A stretch of DNA of 64,000 nucleotides from NCBI GenBank assembly GCA_034178815.1, contig JAXFQS010000084.1, positions 2,112 to 66,111 on the forward strand. The letters are read 5' to 3'. Made by a program: the position numbers and the translations under genes. Below the pieces are notes generated by a model. The model saw nothing but the letters and a program-made list of their open reading frames with translations, had not been told where the DNA came from and searched no databases. This document shows positions 39,496-48,428 of the stretch, in pieces (position 1 is the first letter of the stretch; each line of letters begins with the position of its first letter). The stretch is from Kiritimatiellia bacterium. GTDB taxonomy: Bacteria; Verrucomicrobiota; Kiritimatiellia; RFP12; DVOR01.

Positions 39496-40865
39496 GGCTG
39501 ACTGACTGCGGCCGATTCGAGGAGTGCGAAGGCTGTGTTCCCGGTAAAGTCGATGGAGGCAACGGCTGCGCGGCGCGGGCGGGTTCGGGAGCTTACGGCA
39601 ATCCACGGGCGCGGGGCGGCGAGGGTGCAGAGATTGGGGGAGAGTCGTTGAATCTCCTTGTCGTCTGCGCAGGAAGGAGGAATGGCAGCGGCGCGGATGG
39701 AAAGGGCTGCCTTGAGTACGGCGGCGAGGGAGGAAGCGGTCAGTACATGTCCGATGGCGGTCTTGACGGAACCGACAACCATGGGTGCATTGGCTGCGTC
39801 GCGATAGCCGGCGATGGTCTGTAGGAATCGAAGTTCGGCTTGGTCTTGAAGGGGCAAGCCGGAAGCGTTGGCTTCGTAGAGGTCGATGGCGTCCATGTCG
39901 TCGAGCACTTCACGGCAGGCGCGGCGGAGGGATCGGAAGAGGGCATCGGCAAGGGGCGCGACCTGGAGGCTGGAGCAATCGGAGTGGGATTGCCGGGCGA
40001 TGGCTGAGCCAGTCCCGCGCAGGATGGCGTAGATGGATTCAGCCCCCCCCTGGACATCGCGCCTGCGTTTGAGGATGAGGATGGTGCCTCCTTCGGCAAG
40101 GGTGACGCCGTCGCTCTGGTGGTCGAATGCCAACAGGCGGGGGCGGGTGGAGTGGGGAAGAAGGGTGGCGAGGCCTTGGCGCGTGGCGGGTGAAATGGGG
40201 GGCTGAAGGGCGGCGACAATGGCCATATCACAACGCCTGGCGCGGAGTGCGTCGGAGGCCTGTTCCAGTGCGGTGATGCCGGAAGTCCAGCCCGTGTCGC
40301 AGAGGTTTGCTGGGCCGATGATGCCGAGGGTCTGGGCAATGCGCACGGGCAGGACATGGCGCCAGGCTGGTTCGATCGTGCGCTGTCCGAAGGGCGGCAG
40401 GGCTCGTCTCCAGGCATCGCGAAGGCGGTCGAAGTCGGCAGCGGTCAACTGGGGATTGGCGGCGCGGACGAGGCCTATGGTCTGGTCGAGAAGAAGGGTT
40501 TGCTGAAGCCAGTTGACGGAGGCGGGCGTGTGGACGGGGTTGTGGCAGAGGAAGAGGGCGGTGCGGTCTGTCTGGAGGGTGGAGGCGGGGTGGAGTCCGG
40601 CATCGGCGAGGGCTTCTCCAATAAGTTGGAGCAGGAAGCAGGCGGCGTGATCTTCGCCGGGAACCGGGGGCTCTCGCACGAAGGGGGCGTCGGCGGCGCA
40701 GGTATAGAGGGGCCCTAGGGTTTGGGCAGTGTCGGCGGGAATGGTGGCTCCCTGGACAATACGCCTCCAGAAGGTGGCGAGGTCGGGAGTTTCGGCGAAG
40801 CGGCAGGCCGCGCCTACTAGGGCGATGTCGTCTGACGAGAAGGCGCGGCGGGGCGGGTTCATGGG
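39492..40865 (-). CDS. ketosynthase-like protein lacking catalytic Cys/His (KS0 / chain-length-factor-like)
   Basis: KS fold landmarks: IALVGAACRF..FW, DTGWTSG (Cys->Trp), EANASG (His->Asn), AIGHVLTASS (second His retained); start at internal Met 40865, 8 nt after panB stop; Pro/Ser-rich N-terminal ORF extension rejected. Confidence 0.6.
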   Translation of the reverse strand, partial: PMNPPRRAFSSDDIALVGAACRFAETPDLATFWRRIVQGATIPADTAQTLGPLYTCAADAPFVREPPVPGEDHAACFLLQLIGEALADAGLHPASTLQTDRTALFLCHNPVHTPASVNWLQQTLLLDQTIGLVRAANPQLTAADFDRLRDAWRRALPPFGQRTIEPAWRHVLPVRIAQTLGIIGPANLCDTGWTSGITALEQASDALRARRCDMAIVAALQPPISPATRQGLATLLPHSTRPRLLAFDHQSDGVTLAEGGTILILKRRRDVQGGAESIYAILRGTGSAIARQSHSDCSSLQVAPLADALFRSLRRACREVLDDMDAIDLYEANASGLPLQDQAELRFLQTIAGYRDAANAPMVVGSVKTAIGHVLTASSLAAVLKAALSIRAAAIPPSCADDKEIQRLSPNLCTLAAPRPWIAVSSRTRPRRAAVASIDFTGNTAFALLESAAVSQP

Positions 40866-40875
40866 CGGGGGCGGA

Positions 40876-41634
40876 TTAGGCGAGCGTCTGGCGGTAGGCG
40901 GCGAGGGCTTGTCGAATGGTCTCTGCCGCGTTGCCGTAGGAGTTGGCGAAGGAGGGTTTGTGTCCGAGGGTAAGGCCCACGACATCGTTGAAGACGAGTA
41001 TGGTGGCATCGCAACGGTTGCCGGAACCGCAGCCGATGACGGGCACGGGGACGGCTTTGGCGATGGTTTCGGCGGGCTCTTCTGGTACGCATTCGAGGAC
41101 GATGGCGAAGGCTCCGGCGGCGGCGAGAGCTTGGGCATCGCGGGTTAGATTGGCGACGGCTTCGTCGGTTTTTCCTTGGCGGGAGAGGCCGGTGACGAGG
41201 ATGGATTGGGGGGTCAGTCCAATATGTCCGAGCACGGGGATTCCGTTCTGGACGAGGCGGCGAACGAGGGGGGCGCGGATGGCACCGCCTTCGAGTTTGA
41301 CGGCATCGGCGCCGGCTTGCTGGAGGTAGGTTCCGGCGTTGCGGAGGGCCTCGTCGTCGGAGATCTGGTAGGAGAGGAAGGGCATATCGGCGACTACTAG
41401 GGCGTCTTTGACTCCGCGCACGACGGCGGCAGTATGATGGAGCATAATGTTCTGCGTGACGGCGAGGGTGTTGGGATAGCCGAGCACGGTGTTGCCGAGC
41501 GAGTCGCCCACGAGGATGAGTTCGAATCCGGCTTCATCGGCCAACTGGCCGGAGACGGCGTCGTAGGCGGTCACGCAGGTGAATCGGCGAACGCCTTTGA
41601 GGGCGGAAATCTTGGCTGTGGTCCATCTCTTCAT
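40876..41634 (-). CDS. panB: 3-methyl-2-oxobutanoate hydroxymethyltransferase (ketopantoate hydroxymethyltransferase)
   Basis: TAYD, VGDSLGN, ADMPFLSY, VKLEGG, GHIGLTPQS motifs. Confidence 0.9.
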   Translation of the reverse strand: MKRWTTAKISALKGVRRFTCVTAYDAVSGQLADEAGFELILVGDSLGNTVLGYPNTLAVTQNIMLHHTAAVVRGVKDALVVADMPFLSYQISDDEALRNAGTYLQQAGADAVKLEGGAIRAPLVRRLVQNGIPVLGHIGLTPQSILVTGLSRQGKTDEAVANLTRDAQALAAAGAFAIVLECVPEEPAETIAKAVPVPVIGCGSGNRCDATILVFNDVVGLTLGHKPSFANSYGNAAETIRQALAAYRQTLA

Positions 41635-41708
41635 GCCTCACAGTATAGCACACTCTCGGGCGGGTGGGAATAGATTTTGAGCCGCGGGTGGGGGCAATCG
41701 GACGGCTA

Positions 41709-41877
41709 GCGGCGGGGCGACGAGAAGGTTGACAGGAGTTCTGCGAGGTATCCTTCTCTCAGTCCTTGGGAGCAGACCTCCAGTTCGCGGGCCTGGAGGC
41801 GTTTGACCAGGCGCATGAGGATGGACATACCGGGGAGGATGGTGTGGATGCGGTGGGAAACTTGGCTCAGGATGAGG
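41709..41877 (-). pseudogene. ppx: 3'-terminal remnant of exopolyphosphatase (Ppx/GppA) gene, approx. 56 codons
   Basis: translation ...ILPGMSILMRLVKRLQARELEVCSQGLREGYLAELL resembles end of Ppx/GppA actin-like domain II (E. coli PPX ...[35 protein letters not shown]); different frame from ppk fragment. Confidence 0.5.
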
Positions 41878-42729
41878 TCAATCGCGGCGCGGTCGCCCTT
41901 GGCTAGGCTGTTCCACAGTTTCCTCAGCCCGTCGGCGCATGAGGTCGGCCATAAACTCGCGGTAGTCGCGTTCGCCGTCGTATTCGCGGTCGGGGTCGAT
42001 GTCCGCGTTGCGGGCCAATCGGAAGAGGGTTGTCTCGCGCAGGGTGCAGTCCGGGAAGGCGTTGGCGGCGCAGAGGCGGAGGATCTCTTCTGAGAGCGCG
42101 AAGCGGCTTTTCCCGGGCAGGACGAGGAGTCTGGGCACGGCGGGAAGGGCACAGGAGATGAAGCCTAGGCGGGTTTTCGACGCGACATCTCCGCGGCGTC
42201 TGGCGAGCACGGCGAGGTAGGTTTCGCGGTCGCGCAGGAAGGGGGGGGGTCGATGTTTGCCGAGCAAAACGACGGAGAGGGTGTCGGCCATTTGTTCGCG
42301 GAAAATCGTCCGGGCGGCGGCTTTGTCCTGCGCGCTCCATTGGTTCGCGGGGACGATTTCGGTTGCGGCCTCGCGTTGGAGGGTTTCACGGAGATGACCC
42401 CACACCTCGGCGCGAAACGCAGAGAGACGCTGGACTTCCGAGCGGGCGGCGGCAAGTTGCTCGGCGACGGACAGACCCGTTTTTTCATCTGGTTCGCCGC
42501 CCAACTGCAGGCGGTCGACCAAGGCTCCGATGCGGACTTTGAAGAACTCGTCGAGGTTGGTCTGGAAGATAGAGAGGAAGGCGAGCCGTTCGCAGAGCGG
42601 CACATCGTCCCGGGCGGCCTCGCCGAGCACGCGCTCGCTGAACTTGAGCCAACTCAATTCGCGGTTGATGAAGAGGTTCTGCCGCGCCTCGGCGGGGAGG
42701 CTGTCCAAAGAGGGGTTGCGCTGATTCAT
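41878..42729 (-). pseudogene. ppk: polyphosphate kinase 1 truncated after N and head domains (catalytic C1/C2 domains absent)
   Basis: PPK1 N-domain FINRELSWLKFSERVL, LAFLSIFQTNLDEFFKVR, head domain through ...NADIDPDREYD...MADLMRRR; ORF stops after approx. 285 of approx. 700 expected residues and panB begins 243 nt downstream. Confidence 0.65.
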
Positions 42730-42841
42730 CACGCCGACACAATCGCACAATCGTGTTAGGGTTGTGTCAGCATTCTGCAGGCGGCGCGATTGGTGCGCAC
42801 CTCTAGCCCCCAAAGATACCCACCTCGGTTCCCCCTTCCAG

Positions 42842-42866
42842 CCAACCTCCGGGCCCCGAAGGTTGG
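42842..42866. repeat. palindromic element CCAACCTCCGGGCCCCGAAGGTTGG; motif family member
   Basis: seen directly. Confidence 0.55.
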
Positions 42867-42893
42867 CACCCGCCGGACGCGACGGAAGGCGGT

Positions 42894-42930
42894 GAAAAAG
42901 AGGGCCGCCGGCATTGCCGACGGCCCTCGA
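42894..42930 (-). terminator. intrinsic terminator (12-bp stem, U5) downstream of giant secreted protein gene
   Basis: minus-strand RNA GAGGGCCGUCGG-caaug-CCGGCGGCCCUC-UUUUUC. Confidence 0.5.
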
Positions 42931-42945
42931 CTGCCAAGCGGACGC

Positions 42946-45900
42946 CTAATCGCCTAGCAGACGCTTCCAAGCCTTTTCGACCGCGGGCATCGACGACTCC
43001 GGAACGCCCAGCGCCTTGAGCACCTCGCGCGCAATCAGCCGGTGCCCGGCCGCGACCGGATGCACCCCATCGTAAGTGAAATGCCGCTCACCCGTCTTCG
43101 GCAGTTTTGCCAACGCCTCCACCTCCGCCCGCCGACAGTCCGCATAAGGCAACCCCCGGCGCTTCGCCTCGGCGCGGATGAAGTCGGCGAACAAATCGAG
43201 TTGGCGATTCTCGTCATTGTCCGGATTCTCCTGAATGAGCGTCGGCGTCAGCGGCACGACCAGCACCCCCGCACGCGCCGCCTTGTCGTAGATCTCCCGC
43301 ACATTCTGCTCATACGCCTCAAGTTCCACCCCGCGGCCCCAGTCATAGCCCCAAATGTCATTCACCCCGCAAGAGACCGTCAGCACCTTCACCTCGGGAT
43401 TCGAGAGAATTCCGCCTACCCGGCCGAGCATATCCCCCGCATTCTGCCCATCGCATCCCGCACGCACCGCCCGCACATCCTTGACGCCCACCGCATCAAG
43501 CCCCGCCAGCACCAGAGCGATATACCCCCTATCTCCGCCCCCCAGACGCGTAATGGAATCGCCCAAAAACGCAATCGTCTCCCCCGCCTTCACGCGAATG
43601 CCGCGCACTCCGGCCCTTGCTGGCGACGCCACAAACCCGTTCGGGCGCTCGAACCGCTGCCGCTCATAGAGTTCCGGCGGCGGGACGGCAGAACCCAGCG
43701 AGCACATCGTCCGAGTCGAGAACCCATCCGGAGCCGTCCGCCGCACGCAAAACCGACCACCCAAAATTCCAAACTCCTTCAAGAGAACATTCCCCGGCCA
43801 ATCAACTGCCGCCGCCTCGCCCCGACTGCGAAGCGCCCCCATCCACCACCGCCAAGCCGTCCCCGTCACCAGCAGTCCGCCCCCCCCTCGGACAAACTCC
43901 GCCAGTTCCGCCGCTTCCCCATCCTTGAGCGACGAACCATCCACCTTCCGGAATCGCCCATTGACCGAAAGCCACCGCACAATCTGCTCACGAAGCCCCC
44001 TGTTCTCAGGCAGTTCCAGCGACTCCGAATCATCGGCAACATAGACCACGCGCCCCTTCCCCGCCCCCCCTGCTGCAGCCACACACGCCGCCGAACGATC
44101 CCAATTCCTCGCAGCAAAAAGCGGGAACGCCCCCTTCCCCGTGCAATAGACCGAGCCCGCCAAACCATTCACCTTGAAATAACGCGTTCCCGCCGTCAAC
44201 TCCGCCCGTGCCGCGAGTTGCTCAGCAGTCAGCGGCTCCGCCCAAGGCGCAATCTGAGATTGAGGCGCAACACAGTCTGACACGCACACCCGGAACCCCG
44301 TCGCGCCGTGGCCAATCACCGGAGCCGTCTTGCTTCCCAGCCGCCGCCCCCAGGCCGCACAACTCCCTGGATCACCATAGCAAAGCACCGAACCGCCTTT
44401 CATCACACGCCGCCCCTTGTGGCTTCGACTCTCATCGCGAGGCCCCACAGGATCCGTCCCGGAACAGTCCAACAGGCTCTCCGGCGTATTGTGGAAATCA
44501 AGACAGTGCTCAAACAGATTTCCGTGCATATCGTAAAGCCCCCACAGGTTCGGCCGGTACGACCCAACCGCCGCCGGACAAGCCACCCCGCCACAGTTTC
44601 CGCTGTAGCGCCCCAGCGTATCCAAAACGCGATCCCGCTTGACGCTCATAGGCGGCTTGGCATCCTTCACCTTGTAAGGCGCCGCCGCCTCTCCAGTCCC
44701 CCAAGGCCCCTCGCATCCGGCACGACACGCCCACTCCCATTGAGCCTCGGTCGGCAAATCGAAGTCGGCACGAAATCCCGTCAATTCGCGCAGACGACCG
44801 AAAAAGGAGTCGGGCGCGACCTCATATCCCGAGAACGGCCAGCAGATACCGTCGGATGTATGTCCACGCGTATGGCTGTAAGAAATTCCGTTGACAGGAA
44901 GGCTCCCCCGAGCCTCCGAATGCCCGAAGGTGTCCCCGCGCCATGCCCCCATAATGTGGAACCACTGCCTTTGAGTCACCTCGTAAACCCCGATATAATA
45001 GGGGCGGGTCAAAGTCACCCCATGACGCGCATCAGCCCCAGAAGAGAGTTGCGGATTGCCCAAGAAGACCTCGCCGGGCGTAGGTTCGATTCGGCGCAGC
45101 AGCAGCCAATCACCCTTCCACCGCTCGGCCTTCTCTCCTTCTGGCACAGACTCGCGAGTCGGATAGAGTTCAATTTTCCCCTCGTCCGGCCCCGTTAGGC
45201 AGACGCCCATATAAAGTCCCTTTACCGGAGTCGTCGCCAGCGGCTTGTACGGTTCCCGAACCAACCCTCGAACTAGTCCGTCCGGAGCCTTCGCATACTG
45301 GGAACAGTGCCGCGCAGCCGCCTCGGATACCGGCAACGACCACTGACGCATCACAGCCGCAAGATCCTGCTTCACGGCGGCGGAAAACTCCCGGGCGAAG
45401 ACATCCCACTTATCTCCATTCGTACGCGGCACCGCAAAGCCAGGCTTTCGGTAAACGGCGAACACCCGTGCCATCGCGTCCCACCCATAGGTTTCCACCA
45501 GTCTGGCGTAAAACTCAAGCGCGAGGAAGGGATCTTTTTTCCAACTCTCGAAGCGTTTACCCGACGCCACCCACTGCCGCACTTTGGCATCCGCGACGGC
45601 ACGGGCTGTCGCGAAACCGTTCTCCCGGAAACTGCGTCCGGAGACTTTGGATATGCCCAACAGGGTGAAGAGGTTGACGGTGACTTCAGAGGTTCCTTCA
45701 GGCGTCCAGGCGGGATTCTGGTGATTGTGTCCGATCTCGTGGTAGACGCCCCAGGCTTGGGCTCGTTCCAACGCCTGACGGTCGAGGATTACCGCCGAAG
45801 GGTTGCGCCGATTGACTAGAGCCATCATGGGATAGCCGTCGTGAAGGACTCCGATCCCTTGCAATTGGATGTCGCTGCAGAGGCGTTCGGGAGAACGGCG

Positions 45901-47478
45901 AGAAGGCAAACCGGAGAGCCACTGGCAAGCGTCGAGATAGCGATCCCAGTAGGCCGCGACCCACTCGGGATCCTTGCATTGCGCCAGGCCGGTGGTCTCG
46001 AAGGTGATGATGTAGTTGAGGCCTTCAATTTCCCCCTGCGGCGCACCAGTCTGGCGGCACTCTTCGAAGAATCCCTCGGCGGTATCGCGTCCCAGTTTGA
46101 ACCAGGGCGCCATCACGGCTCCGTCAATGCGGACTTTGAAGCGTTTGCCCGCGGCGGGGGGCTGGTCGGGGACGATGATGTAGACGAGTCCGCCGAATGG
46201 GGAGGTCAACTCGACGCGGGATTGTAGCACAGGCGCCTCGGTGGTGACAAGCGGAAAACGCTTCCAGCCCTTGGCCGCGCCGGAGAGGTCATCCTGGGTC
46301 GTGCCGATGCGGATGCGGAGGTTCCAGTCGGCGGCGCCCTCGGGGAAGGTAAAGGTTATCCGGCTACCTGCCGGGGCGAAGAGTCCTGTCGAATGCCAAC
46401 GCGGAACATCAGGTTCGATTTCAATCTCGCGCGAGACGGTCGGGGTTCCGGGCTTGACCAGACCTGGATAAACTTCGGCGGCGGGGTCGGCGGGCCAATG
46501 CCTGAAGCGGTCGGTCTCGTAGGCGGCTTTGCGGGCAAGGATGGCAAGTCTGGCGAAGATGTCTTCGGGTTCCACGGGATGTTCCGGGGAGGGCACTTTG
46601 GCGGCGTCTGGGTGCTTAGCGAAAGCGGCAATCTTCTCCAGCACGCCTTGAGGGAGCGAGGGGGGCAGGACGGCGGCCATTTGGGAGAGGACGACGGCTA
46701 CTTGCCGTTTCTGTTCGCGGCTGGAATAGGTGTTTTTGGCGGCAATCTGGAGTGCGTCGTCGGCGCGGGTACCGTCGGGCACGGTCTGGGGATCGAGCGG
46801 GAAGCCCTGCTTGTCGGGGCGGACGATTCCGATGTCGCCCATCAAGATGCCCATAGGGCCGAAGGTGCGATTGTCTCCGAAGTCGTCGGCGAAGGAGACG
46901 GCCCGGGAGCGGCTGGCGATTTGCTTCCAGCCCCAGCCGAGTCCGGCACCGAGGAGTCCGCCTCCATTGCGGACGAAGTCGAGATAGGCGGGGGCGTTCT
47001 GGACGGTGAAGTCGATGGAGGCGATGAGGTCGTAGCGGGGAAAGTCGGCGGTATCGGCGACGAGGGTGGATTCAATTCCGGCGCGCTTGAGGGCGTTTCG
47101 GATGGAGGGGTTTCGGTAGACGCCGATTTTGGGGGCGGGCTTGTTGCGCGAGAGCCAGCGGACGGCATTGCGGTGGAATGCTAGGGTATCGTCGGAGAGT
47201 TTGCCGTGGGTGAGGAAGGAGGGGTGTCCGAGGTAAATGGCTCGACCTTTGCCGTAGATTGCTCCGGCGGCGGCGAAGGTCGCGGTACCGTCCCAGTTCT
47301 TGGCGCGGGCGATGGGGAAGGCTTCGTCGGAGAGGACGAGCACGGTGCCGGGGAGACCGTCGCAGTTGATGGCACGGACGCCTTCGGCGAGTTCTTTGGG
47401 GAGCGTGGCGGAGGCGGCGTGCAGCACGGGGGCGAGAAGGGCGCCGAGGAGGAGGTTTTGAAGCAGTCTATTCATCAT
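42946..47478 (-). CDS. 1510-aa secreted multidomain protein: ThuA-like domain, M60-like/enhancin zincin peptidase domain (HEIGH), FGE-sulfatase (SUMF1-like) domain, second ThuA-like domain, C-terminal SGNH/GDSL hydrolase
   Basis: signal peptide MMNRLLQNLLLGALLAPVLHA; M60-like YHEIGHNHQ...E; FGE motifs RPYYIGVYEVTQRQW, GSYRPNLWGLYDMHGNLFE, KGGSVL...GFRVCV; SGNH block I IAFLGDSIT and block V DGVHP. Confidence 0.65.
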   Translation of the reverse strand: MMNRLLQNLLLGALLAPVLHAASATLPKELAEGVRAINCDGLPGTVLVLSDEAFPIARAKNWDGTATFAAAGAIYGKGRAIYLGHPSFLTHGKLSDDTLAFHRNAVRWLSRNKPAPKIGVYRNPSIRNALKRAGIESTLVADTADFPRYDLIASIDFTVQNAPAYLDFVRNGGGLLGAGLGWGWKQIASRSRAVSFADDFGDNRTFGPMGILMGDIGIVRPDKQGFPLDPQTVPDGTRADDALQIAAKNTYSSREQKRQVAVVLSQMAAVLPPSLPQGVLEKIAAFAKHPDAAKVPSPEHPVEPEDIFARLAILARKAAYETDRFRHWPADPAAEVYPGLVKPGTPTVSREIEIEPDVPRWHSTGLFAPAGSRITFTFPEGAADWNLRIRIGTTQDDLSGAAKGWKRFPLVTTEAPVLQSRVELTSPFGGLVYIIVPDQPPAAGKRFKVRIDGAVMAPWFKLGRDTAEGFFEECRQTGAPQGEIEGLNYIITFETTGLAQCKDPEWVAAYWDRYLDACQWLSGLPSRRSPERLCSDIQLQGIGVLHDGYPMMALVNRRNPSAVILDRQALERAQAWGVYHEIGHNHQNPAWTPEGTSEVTVNLFTLLGISKVSGRSFRENGFATARAVADAKVRQWVASGKRFESWKKDPFLALEFYARLVETYGWDAMARVFAVYRKPGFAVPRTNGDKWDVFAREFSAAVKQDLAAVMRQWSLPVSEAAARHCSQYAKAPDGLVRGLVREPYKPLATTPVKGLYMGVCLTGPDEGKIELYPTRESVPEGEKAERWKGDWLLLRRIEPTPGEVFLGNPQLSSGADARHGVTLTRPYYIGVYEVTQRQWFHIMGAWRGDTFGHSEARGSLPVNGISYSHTRGHTSDGICWPFSGYEVAPDSFFGRLRELTGFRADFDLPTEAQWEWACRAGCEGPWGTGEAAAPYKVKDAKPPMSVKRDRVLDTLGRYSGNCGGVACPAAVGSYRPNLWGLYDMHGNLFEHCLDFHNTPESLLDCSGTDPVGPRDESRSHKGRRVMKGGSVLCYGDPGSCAAWGRRLGSKTAPVIGHGATGFRVCVSDCVAPQSQIAPWAEPLTAEQLAARAELTAGTRYFKVNGLAGSVYCTGKGAFPLFAARNWDRSAACVAAAGGAGKGRVVYVADDSESLELPENRGLREQIVRWLSVNGRFRKVDGSSLKDGEAAELAEFVRGGGGLLVTGTAWRWWMGALRSRGEAAAVDWPGNVLLKEFGILGGRFCVRRTAPDGFSTRTMCSLGSAVPPPELYERQRFERPNGFVASPARAGVRGIRVKAGETIAFLGDSITRLGGGDRGYIALVLAGLDAVGVKDVRAVRAGCDGQNAGDMLGRVGGILSNPEVKVLTVSCGVNDIWGYDWGRGVELEAYEQNVREIYDKAARAGVLVVPLTPTLIQENPDNDENRQLDLFADFIRAEAKRRGLPYADCRRAEVEALAKLPKTGERHFTYDGVHPVAAGHRLIAREVLKALGVPESSMPAVEKAWKRLLGD

Positions 47479-48428
47479 GGTTTCTCATTGGATGGTTCGA
47501 GAACAAGGCGAAATCCGACGGCCGCATGGCGCGTAGAGGGGTTGCACATATCGCCGAGCCAGCGGGCGTAACTGGTGCAGGCGGAGTTGCTGCCGAAGAG
47601 GTAGTTCCAGTAACTTCCGGAGCGCAGGACGCGGGTCTTGCTCTTGGAACTTGCCGGGCCCTTGGGATTGTCTCCGGCGTAGGCGGGGTGGCCCGCGGGG
47701 GCGAACCAGTCGCGGCAGAATTCGTAGGCGTTGCCGTGCATATCGTAGAGTCCCCAGGCATTGGGGCGGTAGGAGCCGACAGGGGCAGGGCCGTTGGTGC
47801 AGCCTCCGTTGGCGAAGTAGCGGCCGAGGCGGTCGAGGGCGTGGTCAGACCAGTAGGGGATGGGTTTGCCGTCGGGGCTCGGACGGTCGTAGGGTTGAGC
47901 GTCGGAGCCGTCGTTCCAGCAGGTGTCGGTGCCGGCGCGGCAGGCGACCTCCCATTGGGCTTCGGTGGGCAGATCGAAGGGGAGTCCCGTGCGGGCGCGA
48001 AGTCGGCCGAGAATAGAGTTGGTGGCGACGGCGGGGCCGCTCTTGGGCCAGTCGATGCCTTCGCGCAGGGAGCCGCGCAGGTCATTGTAGGAGAGATTCA
48101 AAGCCGGGAGCGGCCCCGTATCCTGCGTACCTCCGAGATGGTTTAATTGGCTCCTTGTGGTCTCGAAGATGGCTATGAAATAGGGGCGGGTGATGCGAAC
48201 CTTACGGGCCTCATCGTTGGCACCTCTGGGGGCGGCGGGATTGCCGAGGCGGATGGGTTCGGGCGTGGGATCGACGCGACGCATCAACACCCATTCATCG
48301 CGCCAGCGGGGGCTCGCTTCGCCGCCGGGAATCGCTTCGCGGGAGGGATAGGTTTCAACCTCCGCAGGGCCACCACCGATACGAACCGCTAGATAGAGCG
48401 CAGAGGAAAGTAGCAAAATGGGATTCAC
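47475..48428 (-). CDS. FGE-sulfatase (formylglycine-generating enzyme/SUMF1-like) domain protein, paralogous to FGE domain of downstream giant protein
   Basis: GTG start with GGAGG 9 nt upstream, overlapping sigma stop (GTGA); motifs RPYFIAIFETTRSQ, DLPTEAQWEVACRAG, GSYRPNAWGLYDMHGNAYEF, RSGSYW...GFRLV. Confidence 0.6.
   Translation of the reverse strand: MNPILLLSSALYLAVRIGGGPAEVETYPSREAIPGGEASPRWRDEWVLMRRVDPTPEPIRLGNPAAPRGANDEARKVRITRPYFIAIFETTRSQLNHLGGTQDTGPLPALNLSYNDLRGSLREGIDWPKSGPAVATNSILGRLRARTGLPFDLPTEAQWEVACRAGTDTCWNDGSDAQPYDRPSPDGKPIPYWSDHALDRLGRYFANGGCTNGPAPVGSYRPNAWGLYDMHGNAYEFCRDWFAPAGHPAYAGDNPKGPASSKSKTRVLRSGSYWNYLFGSNSACTSYARWLGDMCNPSTRHAAVGFRLVLEPSNEKP

Noticed and set aside
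40866-41138. Pro/Ser-rich 91-codon N-terminal extension of the KS-like ORF
   Set aside because: Overlaps panB in another frame and is low complexity; KS fold begins at Met 40865.
41878-42813. Intact polyphosphate kinase
   Set aside because: Only about 285 residues of PPK1 similarity before a stop, and panB starts 243 nt later; there is no room for the 400-aa catalytic domains.
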